A model generated the notes under the pieces. It was not told the DNA's origin. It made no database searches and was given only the letters and a program-made list of their open reading frames with translations. 64,000 nucleotides of DNA, taken from assembly GCA_048594725.1 (NCBI GenBank), contig JBMDXA010000167.1, forward strand, positions 496-64,495. Reading direction: 5' to 3'. The position numbers and the translations under genes are program-made. Below, piece by piece: positions 11,254 through 21,576 of the stretch. The stretch's first letter is position 1; the number at the start of each line of letters is the position of its first letter. Source of the DNA: Candidatus Kapaibacteriota bacterium. GTDB lineage: Bacteria; Bacteroidota; Ignavibacteria; OLB7.

Positions 11254-11406
11254 CGCTAATCCGTTGTACTTTCAGTCTTCCCCGTATTGGTGGTCGGATC
11301 GGAAATTATCTTCGAAAAAGAGCCGTAATCGCCGTATTGTTTCACGTGGAACTTTTCGTCAAGTCATTGAACCAGCGTGAATTCCATTCCTGTCAGAGAT
11401 AAACGT

Positions 11407-12312
11407 ATGAAGTTGATGATCGTAGGAGCAGAGGGAAGTCTGGGGGAAAAACTCCAGTCGATTGTGCGAAAGGAGACAAGCTGGACGCTGATCTGCGTTA
11501 CCCGCAGAAAGGTAGGTTCCAACCACGTGGAACTTCCCTTTGAGAGCGGCAATAAGGCTGCCTGGAAGGCACTGTTCGAACAGGAGGAATGGCGTCCGGA
11601 TGTGATCGTCAATGTTGCCGCCATGACCAATGTGGATGCCTGTGAAACCATGCGGGCCGAAGCCTGGAATACCAATGTGGGGCTGGTAGAGACCCTGGCT
11701 GGGGAGTGTAAAACGCATGGGCTCAAGCTGGTGCAGGTGTCGAGCGATTATATCTTCGATGGAGCGGATGGACCCTATCTGGAAACATCCACCCCCAATC
11801 CGATCAATTATTACGGGAAGACCAAGCTGGCAGCGGAAAACACCTGCATCAAGCTGGGTATCGATTATACGATCATCAGAACGATGTGGCTGTATGGGGA
11901 ATCGGGAGGAGGGAGGCCATCGTTCGTGCAATGGCTGGTGGATGCTCTGATGGCCCGTGATACCGTTCGGGTGGTCACTGATGAATTCGGCAATCCAACC
12001 CTTCTCGATGATGTTGCGTACGGCATAATCCGCGCGATCGATAAGAAGCTGCGTGGAATCATCAATATCTCCGGTCCCGATCTTCTCTCGCGATGGGATT
12101 TCGCGCTGGCAATCGCTGCGGCATATGGTATCAGCGCCGCGGAGCTTATTCCGGTAACGTCCGCCGATCTGCAACGGCCCGCACGGCGTCCGCTCCGGTC
12201 AGGTCTGATAAGCCTGAAGGCACAGACAAGCCTGGGGCTCCGTCTTACTCCGCTGAAGGATGGCCTTGAGATAACGAAGATTCTGGAACAGCGCATGGCG
12301 CGCGAGCTCTAG
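11407..12312 (+). CDS. rfbD: dTDP-4-dehydrorhamnose reductase
   Basis: Rossmann 'MKLMIVGAEGSLG', 'VNVAAMTNVDACE', catalytic 'YGKTK' and 'VQVSSDYIFDG' match RmlD. Start taken at the MKLMIVG methionine; the track ORF begins 30 nt earlier. Confidence 0.8.
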   Translation: MKLMIVGAEGSLGEKLQSIVRKETSWTLICVTRRKVGSNHVELPFESGNKAAWKALFEQEEWRPDVIVNVAAMTNVDACETMRAEAWNTNVGLVETLAGECKTHGLKLVQVSSDYIFDGADGPYLETSTPNPINYYGKTKLAAENTCIKLGIDYTIIRTMWLYGESGGGRPSFVQWLVDALMARDTVRVVTDEFGNPTLLDDVAYGIIRAIDKKLRGIINISGPDLLSRWDFALAIAAAYGISAAELIPVTSADLQRPARRPLRSGLISLKAQTSLGLRLTPLKDGLEITKILEQRMAREL

Positions 12313-12382
12313 AGCGAGGGCGGAGGAAGGGGCAATGCGGAAGTGTGCTGCCAGGACCCATCAGGGAATAATTGGAAGAAGA

Positions 12383-13150
12383 ATGAACGTAACCTTTCTG
12401 GGGAGTGGAACATCCTCCGGAGTACCCACGATCGCGTGTAGCTGCGCGACCTGTCTCTCAGACGATCCTCGCGATAAACGCCTCCGGCCTTCCATATGGA
12501 TCAGGAACGGGGAGGAGAGCGTGGTGATCGATACCTCGAGCGATTTTCGCCAGCAGTGTCTCCGGCAGGGAATAACCTCGCTGGATGCGGTGGTCTATAC
12601 CCATCACCATTTCGATCATATCGCCGGGTTCGACGATCTGCGTGCGTTCAACTTCAAGATGCGCCGGCCGATCCCGGTCTATATGATGCCGGAAACCCTC
12701 CGCAACATGCAGATGGTATTCAGCTATGCGTTCGGCCAGAATATCACCGTCGGTAGCAGTGTTCCCCTGATCGATGTCCATACGATTCTGGATGATCCCT
12801 TTACCATCGGCTCACTGGAGCTGATTCCGCTCCATCTTCAGCATGGCAGCATGAGGGTGAACGGCTATCGTATCGGCTCGTTCGCCTACTGCACCGATTG
12901 CAACGTCATCACCGATATGGCTATGGAAAGGCTTCAGGGAGTGGAAACGCTGGTACTGGATGCACTGCGATTCACCACGCATCCCACCCATTTTTCCCTG
13001 ACCGAAGCAATCGAGGCCGTTTCACGTATCGGAGCCACTACCACCTACTTCACCCATATCGCCCACGATATCAAGCATGCCGATGTGGAGCCTACGCTAC
13101 CGGAAGGTGTTCATCTGGCCTACGACGGATTGGAACTGAACATCGATTAG
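12383..13150 (+). CDS. MBL-fold metallo-hydrolase (PhnP/RNase Z-like)
   Basis: 'VTFLGSGTSSGVP' and metal-binding 'YTHHHFDHIAGF'; about 255 aa. Confidence 0.8.
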   Translation: MNVTFLGSGTSSGVPTIACSCATCLSDDPRDKRLRPSIWIRNGEESVVIDTSSDFRQQCLRQGITSLDAVVYTHHHFDHIAGFDDLRAFNFKMRRPIPVYMMPETLRNMQMVFSYAFGQNITVGSSVPLIDVHTILDDPFTIGSLELIPLHLQHGSMRVNGYRIGSFAYCTDCNVITDMAMERLQGVETLVLDALRFTTHPTHFSLTEAIEAVSRIGATTTYFTHIAHDIKHADVEPTLPEGVHLAYDGLELNID

Positions 13151-14228
13151 CATTGTGGAACCCGCTGCAAAGGAAAAGGCTCGCTGAACCTGGATTGGGC
13201 GATGGCGGTTGGTTTCCCTCCGATCGGGTGTGACTGGAGCATTGCTACTCTATTACCACAACATCTAACAGCGATACTCAGAATCTCTCCCTCTATACAT
13301 AAGAATGGGCGTTCCGTACTATCGAGAGAACGCCCACCAGTACCAATCGTGAAGTTCACCATAAGCCCGTACGTAAAGCTTCAATCCCGATTTCTCACCA
13401 TCCACCTGAGTTCTTCCGGGAGCGCCGTACAAGCCATTCGAAGAGGGACCAAAGTGCCGCGAAGAGAAGACCTTCAAGAACTGCCCGAAGAAAAGGGGTG
13501 TCCGTTAGGACCTGGAATCCACCGTACAGACATGCCAGTAGCAGAAATCGTACTGCTGGATGGATGTTGGCTCTACCTTCCGGTATCTGTCCCATAGCTG
13601 TTCGTTATCTCCGTCGATTTCCTGGACAGTAGGATCAAGAGTGATAATTGTACCCAGGCACCTCATAACCCTCCCCACAATTCTATGATTTTCTGCTGAG
13701 CTTTACATCACTCTCCGGCAACGGCCGCTACCATCTCTCTCTCATTATGCTTCGCCGCTCCGTAAGATGCCTCTCCATAAACGTAGCGGTCTTCCCAAGC
13801 CAAACGATGCCGGCCATCATACCTTGCCTCTGCTTGTAGCCTGCTTTCTGCCTGTAGCCTCTCCGGAAGCTCATGGTGTTCTGCTTTCGGGATGACTTGC
13901 ATCGTATAGGAATAGCATATACTATCGACAGCGGTGTTCGGGAGGTTTCGTGGTGAGCATGCAAGAGTGGTTAGAAGAGGGTGGGAGCGGAGGAAAGAGG
14001 GAAGCTTGAACGAGGAATCGTGATACGAGTGTGCCCGATACCGTTATTTATAAAGGGGACTGTGACAGAAAACCTGTCCTGAAGTATCAGCAGGGCGGGT
14101 AGAAACGGGGAGCTGCCGCAGCATGTATCCCACAGATTGATCTTGCAGGGATACTATAAACCTCGTAACATTGCAATCCGCTAAATCTATGCAAGATAGA
14201 TTATGCGTTTTTTAATCTCGATTGCTAC

Positions 14229-14651
14229 ATGAAGAGGATCGTTTTTTCTCTCATCGGGCTCATTGGGGTGTGGATGATCTTCGGATCCAATTCCACGACG
14301 GCTATTCAGGGAGTGTTCGGCTCGGTAAAGGCTACCCCGTATGGCGAGGAAATCCTGCTGCAGTGGGAAACCCTTAATGAGAGCGGTATCCAGGGCTTCG
14401 AAGTAGAACGGCGAAGCGATGAGATCACCGAATTCCGGAAACTGATTCGCCTGGATGCACGTGGAACCTCCAATGCCTACAGATATGTGGATGATGGCGC
14501 GTTCTTCAAGTCCAGCAGCGGCAAGCGGTTTACCTACCGGGTAAAAGCGGTGGGATCTTCCTTCTATCAGTACTCTCCGGCTATCTCCATCACGCATGAA
14601 GTCTCGAGCGTGCGGAAATCCTGGGGAATGATCAAGGAGCTGTTCCGCTAG
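14229..14651 (+). CDS. Hypothetical secreted protein
   Basis: Signal peptide 'MKRIVFSLIGLIGVWMIFGS', beta-rich, and a low-GC upstream region; no recognisable family. Confidence 0.4.
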   Translation: MKRIVFSLIGLIGVWMIFGSNSTTAIQGVFGSVKATPYGEEILLQWETLNESGIQGFEVERRSDEITEFRKLIRLDARGTSNAYRYVDDGAFFKSSSGKRFTYRVKAVGSSFYQYSPAISITHEVSSVRKSWGMIKELFR

Positions 14652-14818
14652 GTATCGCCTTGCAGGGCGCTCATTGCAGGATCACAGACGTAACACAGGC
14701 AGCCTTCTGTCTGTGTTTTCTTTTTATATCTACCTTAAAGTAAATCGTTAACCGGATCATATAACTGCTATCGCTGCTTGCATTTATCCACACTCAGATG
14801 TTACTTTAAAGTAAGGCT

Positions 14819-17800
14819 GTGTTGATGCGCATATACTCTGACCATATATATATATCCCCGCTACGTAGAAGGGGCTTGACGATCGTGCTGCTTATGATGG
14901 GCAGCGCCGCCGTCAGTACCCTCCATGCGCAAAGCCGTCTGGAGGCAATCGGGGAGATGTATCTCGATAGAAGCGACCTGCTCGGGAGCTATTCCTGGGG
15001 GGTGCTGCCAGGCGATCTCCCCGCAATAGACAGAGCAACCTCCTGGGCGCCGGAGGCACTTCTCTGGCATGGGGAGCAGCGGATTGAACTGGGACAGTTG
15101 GGGCCGGCCCGCTTCATGATGAGCGAGGTGGCCGAGCAATACCCGAACACCTCCTCGGCAACGATGGCCCTGTTGAACCAGGGAATCATCGCCATCCGGA
15201 ATGGTGCCTACGGTAAGGCCCGCATCTACTTCGATGAGACCATCATCAAGGGGAGCGCCGAGCACACGCCCGAGGGGGAACGGGTGGCAGGGACCGCGCT
15301 CTACCTGATAGCCTATACGCATGCTCTGGAAGGAGAGCAGCCGGTTGAAAAGACCGTGGCTCTGCTGGAAGATTTCCTCGACACCTATCCCGGCAATCCC
15401 CGCGAAGTGGATGCCCTCTATATGCTCGGCGAAATAGCCGAGATGAAAGGAAACTATGAGAGGGCCATTGACCATTACGACCGGATTATCCGCAAGGGGG
15501 CCGGGCGGCTGTATTTCGAAGCGCGGAACCATCGCGCACAGAGCCTGGCGCGCCTGGGCCGCTACCGTGACGCCCAGGATGAGCTGGCGGGAATAGAGCG
15601 CGATCTCTACAGTGCCCCGGCTGCCGGTCTGGAAAAAAGCAGGTTCGAGGCCATCCGCGCCGATTGCATGCTTCTACGCGGGGAGATAGAGATTGCTCTG
15701 GGGAATCATTCCGCTGCCGAAGCGGCATTCGTGGGGCTGATGAACGGAAGCGAGCGTTATCGGCGCACGGGGCTTCTGGGGCTGGCCGATACCTATCAGT
15801 CGGCGGGACGGAACGATTCGGCGCTTGCCATCTATTCCCGTCTGGTGGCCGATGATACCAGCGATGCGGTCTTTCAGCGTGCGGAGTTCAACCAGGCCAT
15901 AGCCCTGCGCGGTCTGGGACGCACCGAGGAGGCCACCACGATCTTCGAGTCGATCGGCGGCGACAGCCTTCACCTGATGAACGATCGTGCTCTGGTGGAA
16001 CTGGCGATGATCCGCTACCGGAATAAGGATTATCCCGCCGCGGCTGCGGTGCTGAACCGGGCCATCATTCTGGCAAAGGATGACCGGACCCGCATCCGCG
16101 CCTATATGATAAAAGGGGTGGTGGAGCTTGGGGGCGGGGAACCGGCCAGAGCTATCGAGTCGTTCGATGCCGCTGAAAAACTGTCCGTGAAGTTCAAGGA
16201 ATATAAAGGGCCGGAACTGGCCGAAGCCAAGCTGCTGAGCGGTATCACGATGGCGCGAACCAACCGCTCGGCCGAGGCGATCACGACGCTCAACCGGTTT
16301 CTGGATCAGTACCCGGCTCATACCGGCCGCGATGAGGCGCTCTACTGGCTGGGGGAATCGCACTATCAGTCGGGCCTCTATAAAGGGGCCGTGGATGTGA
16401 TGGAGGATCTGATCGAACAGTATCCCGGCTCTCCCAGAGTGGCCGATGCGATGTATACCACAGGATGGGCGCATTTCCGGCAACGGCGGTTCGATCGCGC
16501 CGATGCCTCCTTCTCGCAGCTCATCAAGGCGTTTCCCACATCCGGGTACGTGGCCGAGGCACAGCTCCGCCGCGGCGACGGGTTCTATCTGGCAAAACAG
16601 TATGCCGATGCCGCACGGGCCTATAGCCAGGTGCGGAAGATGAATCCCACAGCCCAGGAGAGCACCCACGCCGCCTATCAGGAAGCGCTGGCCTATATGC
16701 AGCTCGGCGATCTGGCGGTGGCCGATACCCTCTTCCGGAACTTCGCCACCTGCAATACGGCCACGACTCTGGCCGATGATGCGCTCTATCGCCGCGGGGA
16801 AATCGCCGTTCGCCGCTCGGAATATGCTCAGGCGGTCGGGGTGCTGAAGCCGCTGCTCGGCCGGGGCGTCAGAGAGGAGTTGCTTCCGGCTACGTATGGC
16901 GCGCTGGGGGATGCCTATCTCAAGCTGGGTGATCTTCAGGGTGCCGCCGGTGCCTATTCCATTATCGCGGAGCGCTTTCCCAAGAACAGCGCCGCGCAGA
17001 GCGCGGGGCGGGGGATAAGCGATGCGGTTGCCGCATGGAAGAACGATGGGCGCTCCGCTGAATGCGGAAGCGGCGAGGAGTTCCTGGCAATGGCACGCGC
17101 GCGGGTGTATCTGGAGACCTATCATCCTTCCGAAGCGCTCCGGGAGTACCGGATGCTGGAACAGGGAGCCGCCGAGGGAGTCTGCCGGCAGCAGATCCTG
17201 CTGGGTATCGGCCGGAGCCATCTGGCCGGGGGGGATCTCAAGGCCGCGGTCGATACCCTCCGTCTCCTCGTGGAACGCTACCCGGACGGGCGATTCCTTC
17301 CCGGTGCGCTTCTGGCGCTGGGAGAGGCGGGGCTGGCCGGAAGAGATTCGGCGATGGCGCGCGCCTACTACGAGCAGGTGCGGACCTCCTATCCCGATAG
17401 CAGCGAATCGGTTCGTGCCCGGCTCCATCTCTCGGAGCTCTATGCCGCGGCCGGGATGCGGGATACTGCCGGGAGCATCCTCTATGAAAATGTGACCCGC
17501 TTTCCCAACAGTACGGTGGCGCAATGGTCGTGGCTGGGGCTGGCAAAGGTGGATACCGCTGCCGGGCGGCGCGATACGATCGTTACCATGCTTCGGGCTC
17601 TTGCCGGCCGTAGCGATACGCTCGGTGCGGAGTCGGCATTTCTGCTGGCCCGCATGGCGGCCGATGGTGGCCGGTTGCAGGAATCGGTGGATATGCTGGA
17701 AGATTTGAGCACCCGGTTCACGGGGGAGACCTCGCTGACAAGCCGTGCCGTGCTGGCTATCGGCGAGGCGTACCAGCGGATGGGAGCGCCGGAGAAAGCC

Positions 17801-17893
17801 AGATCGGCGTACGAGAGGATTCTCCGCTTCTACTGCGATGAAACCCTGAGAAAACAGGCCGAGCAACATATACAAGCCTTGAGCAAGCTATGA
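14819..17893 (+). CDS. Large secreted tetratricopeptide-repeat (TPR) protein
   Basis: 1024 aa with a GTG start and an N-terminal signal peptide '...LTIVLLMMGSAAVSTLHAQ' (no lipobox Cys). Repeated 'YP.s..a.eAly.lGe...' TPR/YbgF-like units run along the whole length. The stop overlaps the next gene by ATGA. Confidence 0.8.
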   Translation: MLMRIYSDHIYISPLRRRGLTIVLLMMGSAAVSTLHAQSRLEAIGEMYLDRSDLLGSYSWGVLPGDLPAIDRATSWAPEALLWHGEQRIELGQLGPARFMMSEVAEQYPNTSSATMALLNQGIIAIRNGAYGKARIYFDETIIKGSAEHTPEGERVAGTALYLIAYTHALEGEQPVEKTVALLEDFLDTYPGNPREVDALYMLGEIAEMKGNYERAIDHYDRIIRKGAGRLYFEARNHRAQSLARLGRYRDAQDELAGIERDLYSAPAAGLEKSRFEAIRADCMLLRGEIEIALGNHSAAEAAFVGLMNGSERYRRTGLLGLADTYQSAGRNDSALAIYSRLVADDTSDAVFQRAEFNQAIALRGLGRTEEATTIFESIGGDSLHLMNDRALVELAMIRYRNKDYPAAAAVLNRAIILAKDDRTRIRAYMIKGVVELGGGEPARAIESFDAAEKLSVKFKEYKGPELAEAKLLSGITMARTNRSAEAITTLNRFLDQYPAHTGRDEALYWLGESHYQSGLYKGAVDVMEDLIEQYPGSPRVADAMYTTGWAHFRQRRFDRADASFSQLIKAFPTSGYVAEAQLRRGDGFYLAKQYADAARAYSQVRKMNPTAQESTHAAYQEALAYMQLGDLAVADTLFRNFATCNTATTLADDALYRRGEIAVRRSEYAQAVGVLKPLLGRGVREELLPATYGALGDAYLKLGDLQGAAGAYSIIAERFPKNSAAQSAGRGISDAVAAWKNDGRSAECGSGEEFLAMARARVYLETYHPSEALREYRMLEQGAAEGVCRQQILLGIGRSHLAGGDLKAAVDTLRLLVERYPDGRFLPGALLALGEAGLAGRDSAMARAYYEQVRTSYPDSSESVRARLHLSELYAAAGMRDTAGSILYENVTRFPNSTVAQWSWLGLAKVDTAAGRRDTIVTMLRALAGRSDTLGAESAFLLARMAADGGRLQESVDMLEDLSTRFTGETSLTSRAVLAIGEAYQRMGAPEKARSAYERILRFYCDETLRKQAEQHIQALSKL

Positions 17894-19662
17894 AGGGGAT
17901 GATGAAGCTCATATCGCATGAGAGGAATCTGGTACGTGCCGGATGCATCGCTGCGTGCCTGATGATGCTGGCCGCTTCCGAGGCCGACGCGCAACGAAGC
18001 AAGCGGCAGAGCCAGAAGAAGGGGAAAACGACCCAGGTGCAGAAGAAGAGCAGCTCCAGATCGGCGGCCTCCGGCCCGCGCCGGAGCACATCATCCGATG
18101 CGCGCCGTGCCCCCACTACCGCTCGCACCGGGGCAACCGTTACCGAGCCGGCGGATCAGAGCGGGCCGGCTGATCTGGCGCAGCAGACGGCCGATGGAGG
18201 GGGAACCGAACAGCCGGTGCAGAGCAAGCGCCCGGCACCGCCGGCGCCCCCGATCACTGCCGAGCAGCTGCAGGCCATGAACCCGTATAAACGGGAGATG
18301 GAGGGACTTCCTCTGCGGGGATATGCCGAGCCGGAACGCTCTCCCAGGCCAACGCGCCCCATCTACGCCGAAGGAAGCTTCGGGATGTATATGACCGCCG
18401 GTCTCCGTGCCGGTGCCACCGGAAGTTCCTGGCCGTACGATTATTCTGCCCATCTCTCGGCGCAGACCACCGATGGTTTCGTCGATAATGCCTCGCGGCT
18501 CGATCTGCTTGCCGGAGCCAAGGGGGGATATATCATCGACGAGGGGTATGGGATCTTCAGCGGCGGGCATATGGGGGCCGAGGTGGAATACCGTTCCCAG
18601 AAGTACCGCCGGTATGCCCTGGCAGACGCGCCCGAGCGTGCCGTGGCCGGATGGGATATCGGGATGAACGGACAGAACAGCTACGACGGTACGACGTTCG
18701 AGCTGAACGGCGCCTACCGGCAGCTTGCCCTTACCGATACCGGAGAGGTGGGGGAGCAATCGTTCGATGGCAGCCTGAGCATCCGCACCCCCTACATGGG
18801 GCTTACCGTCGGCGGCGATGCCGATCTGCATCTTACCTATCTCGATGATAAATCGATCAGCCTTGGGCGGCTGGGGGGATATGCAAAATATTCCACATCG
18901 GCATTTTCTCTACGCGGAGGATTTACCGCCGGCGCGGGAGAAAATTCCGATGGAAATACCACGGTGAAAATCGCTCCGCTGGCGGAAGTGAATTTCTTCC
19001 CCCTGAGCGGAATTACGCTTGGTGCCGGAATTACCGGGGGAATAAGCGGAAGCAATCTTCAGAATTTTCTGGAGATGAACCCCTATGTGATAGCCCGCCC
19101 GCAGGTGCAGCACGAGGTGGAAGGGTTGGGATATACGGCAACCATCCGGATAGAGCCCGCGCAAGCCTTCGGCCTGCGAGTGACCGGCGCCCGGAGCGAT
19201 TACGACCGGTATGCCTATTTCCGTGATACCGATAATGCCCTGTTCGCTCCTGCTTACGAAGAGGCGACGATCACGAAAATCACAGGGGATCTGTATTGGG
19301 AAATCGATCCCAGCGCAATGATTGCCACTATGGCAACCTTCATGGAAAGCAGGCTCGAAGAAACCGGAACGACGATTCCCTACGTTCCGAAATGGGATGC
19401 CGAAGTGATGGTCACGAAACGTCTTGCGGCAATTCCACTGACGATTACGGCAACAGCGCGATATATCGGAGAACGGGAAACCATCAATGGAGCGGTGATG
19501 GATGCGGTTCCTCTGGTGGGAATAAAAGGGCGCTACAGAATAAGCTCCCTGTTCGATATATCGCTCGAGCTCAATAATCTGAGCAATACCCGCTATGAAC
19601 TGTGGCCGGGGTACCGGGAACGGGGATTATTCGGGGCGGTGGGAATCGGGATTCGATATTGA
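17890..19662 (+). CDS. Putative outer-membrane beta-barrel protein
   Basis: Signal peptide, a basic/Pro-rich low-complexity linker, then alternating amphipathic beta-strand segments. C-terminus '...GLFGAVGIGIRY' ends in an aromatic residue, the OMP beta-signal. Translationally coupled to the TPR gene. Confidence 0.55.
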   Translation: MKGMMKLISHERNLVRAGCIAACLMMLAASEADAQRSKRQSQKKGKTTQVQKKSSSRSAASGPRRSTSSDARRAPTTARTGATVTEPADQSGPADLAQQTADGGGTEQPVQSKRPAPPAPPITAEQLQAMNPYKREMEGLPLRGYAEPERSPRPTRPIYAEGSFGMYMTAGLRAGATGSSWPYDYSAHLSAQTTDGFVDNASRLDLLAGAKGGYIIDEGYGIFSGGHMGAEVEYRSQKYRRYALADAPERAVAGWDIGMNGQNSYDGTTFELNGAYRQLALTDTGEVGEQSFDGSLSIRTPYMGLTVGGDADLHLTYLDDKSISLGRLGGYAKYSTSAFSLRGGFTAGAGENSDGNTTVKIAPLAEVNFFPLSGITLGAGITGGISGSNLQNFLEMNPYVIARPQVQHEVEGLGYTATIRIEPAQAFGLRVTGARSDYDRYAYFRDTDNALFAPAYEEATITKITGDLYWEIDPSAMIATMATFMESRLEETGTTIPYVPKWDAEVMVTKRLAAIPLTITATARYIGERETINGAVMDAVPLVGIKGRYRISSLFDISLELNNLSNTRYELWPGYRERGLFGAVGIGIRY

Positions 19663-19832
19663 TAACGTACTGATAATTATTCGGGGGTCCAGACCATGCG
19701 GTTCCAGTTTCGGACCGCATCCTCCAGGATCGCCGGAATACCGGCCGGAGCAATCCAGCACCCCGGCCTATTCACGGGCGAACCCAACCCCTCTGGTATT
19801 GTGTACATCATACTGGAGCAGAGGAATTTACC

Positions 19833-21356
19833 ATGGAACCAGAGCAGATGCCAGGGCCGCCGCACGGCGACGATAGAAGCACTCGGATTGGCCGCGTGCC
19901 GGAACAGGCCGAGCAGAAATATGAACCGCGCGATCTCTCACGTCCGGCGTTCCCGCGTGCCGCCGAGCGTGCCGGGGCTGCCACATCCGCCATGAGCCGC
20001 GATGGGGCAAGACTCCGTACGGTGATGACCAGAGCGGTGGAACGAAATGGCGCCCGGGTTGCCGGTGCCGCCGATGATGAATGGCGTGCCGGTCACGAGC
20101 TCGCCTACGGTGCCCCGCAGCCGGTCCATGATCCCGACGCAGCCTCCCCCATTCCGATGCCGGAACTGGGCCCGGAGGAAGGGGGCAGCCAGACCGGAAT
20201 CCCGGCCGTACCGGAGGGCTATCGCGCCACCCGGCTGGTGATACCCCCGGCCGATCGTGCCTCCTCTACGTATGCGGCCGCCGCCTCCGGCGATGAGGGG
20301 AAGGATGCTACCAGGCTTCGCCCGGTGACCTCTCTGGAACAATTCAAACCGGCCGGGGAACCACCGGCCGCACCCCGCTCCGGCGCTCCGGCGCAGAACC
20401 CGGCTCCTGCCGGCTACGAGTGGAAGGGGCCGGAATCGGGAGAGAGGGCTGCACGAGCTGTTTCCGGCGACGCCACCCGGGAGGATGTCTGGGATGCCGC
20501 TGCAACCGCGGCAAGCCCAAGGATCGCCAGCGATAACTGGACCGGCGCACGCCGGCACCGCGAGCGGGGAACCGGGGGCTTCAGAAAGGGAGCTACCGCC
20601 GCCCTGACAGTGGTGCTGGGAACTGCGGTGGGAATAGCCCTGTATGCCGGCGGCAGCGGGTATCTCTCCGATTTCTTCTCCAACAGGAACGAAGGGGTGG
20701 ATAGGACCGTAAGCCCCTCGGCGGTTACCGAACGTCCCCAGACAGCGCTGCCCGATACCCGGTCGGCACTGCCATCGGCCGGGATGGCCGCCGATTCCGG
20801 TGGCGGCAACCTCGATTCGGCGCTGGCGGCACGGTACGATCGCTACGCGGTAGAGGATAGAATGGATATTGCCGAGGGGGAGAACCCGGCTCCGAAGCCC
20901 GCTCCGGCGAAGAGTCCGGCGGCCTCGAACCTCCCGGAGAAGCCGGCCGCCAAGGCGGAAACTCCGGCGAAAAAATCTCCGGAGAACTCCCGTACCCCGG
21001 CCGCGGCGGTGACGGCCGGAGATGCCGCCAAGGCGAAAGCCGATGCGAAGAAGGAGGAGAAACTGGCCGCGAAGAAGGAGGAGAAGGGAGCCGATGCCCA
21101 GAAGAAGGAGCAGGCCTCCGCTTCCGCCGGGAAGTATATCGTGCAGGTGCGCGCCACATCGGATGAATCCGAAGCGAACCTTATCGCCAGGAAACTCCGT
21201 AAAAAAGGGATCTCCAATGTGCAGATCGTGCGCTCCGAAAAGAACGGTGCCCCTTTCTTCCGTATACGCTTCACGGCCGCCGGAACCGGCAGTGATGCCC
21301 AGGCAAAGGCCAAAAATGCCGGATTTTCCGATGCCTGGGTGGTGCAGCAGAAGTAA
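19833..21356 (+). CDS. SPOR-domain protein (FtsN/DedD-like septal peptidoglycan-binding protein)
   Basis: Single TM 'ATAALTVVLGTAVGIALYAGG', Pro/Ala/Lys-rich periplasmic linker, C-terminal SPOR domain 'KYIVQVRATSDESEANLIARKLRKKGISNVQIVRSEKNGAPFFRIRFTAAGTGSDAQAKAKNAGFSDAWVV'. The true start may be downstream of 19833. Confidence 0.65.
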   Translation: MEPEQMPGPPHGDDRSTRIGRVPEQAEQKYEPRDLSRPAFPRAAERAGAATSAMSRDGARLRTVMTRAVERNGARVAGAADDEWRAGHELAYGAPQPVHDPDAASPIPMPELGPEEGGSQTGIPAVPEGYRATRLVIPPADRASSTYAAAASGDEGKDATRLRPVTSLEQFKPAGEPPAAPRSGAPAQNPAPAGYEWKGPESGERAARAVSGDATREDVWDAAATAASPRIASDNWTGARRHRERGTGGFRKGATAALTVVLGTAVGIALYAGGSGYLSDFFSNRNEGVDRTVSPSAVTERPQTALPDTRSALPSAGMAADSGGGNLDSALAARYDRYAVEDRMDIAEGENPAPKPAPAKSPAASNLPEKPAAKAETPAKKSPENSRTPAAAVTAGDAAKAKADAKKEEKLAAKKEEKGADAQKKEQASASAGKYIVQVRATSDESEANLIARKLRKKGISNVQIVRSEKNGAPFFRIRFTAAGTGSDAQAKAKNAGFSDAWVVQQK

Positions 21357-21402
21357 CTGAGCCATACCGACAGTTTACCGGAACCTCTCCTATGCTGAGG
21401 CA

Positions 21403-21441
21403 GGCCGCACGTCATGCTCGACGTGCGGCCATTCCGTTTTT
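21403..21441 (+). terminator. Rho-independent terminator after the SPOR gene
   Basis: Perfect 11-bp stem GGCCGCACGTC-atgctc-GACGTGCGGCC followed by ATTCCGTTTTT. Confidence 0.55.
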
Positions 21442-21576
21442 AGACTACCCTGATCGTTTTATCGTAATTGTTCTCCGGGGAAACCGTCTGCCGATTGCCT
21501 ACCATCTCCGCATATCGCTATTTTGCCGGAGATAAGGGTATGATCTAGGGTATAGTTCAGGCGTTCCGGAAGAGCA

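Noticed and set aside
13395-13595. 66-aa minus-strand ORF with two hydrophobic segments
   Set aside because: Could be a small membrane protein, but no RBS/promoter evidence or homology. Left uncalled and mentioned under the non-coding-gap finding.
15674-17875. 733-aa ORF on the minus strand inside the TPR gene
   Set aside because: Fully antisense to a well-supported gene. Composition (Arg/Gly/Pro/His-rich, low complexity) is typical of spurious antisense ORFs in high-GC DNA.
19938-21365. 475-aa minus-strand ORF opposite the SPOR-protein gene
   Set aside because: Antisense, Gly/Arg-rich, consistent with high-GC artefact. The plus-strand ORF carries a clear TM helix and SPOR domain.
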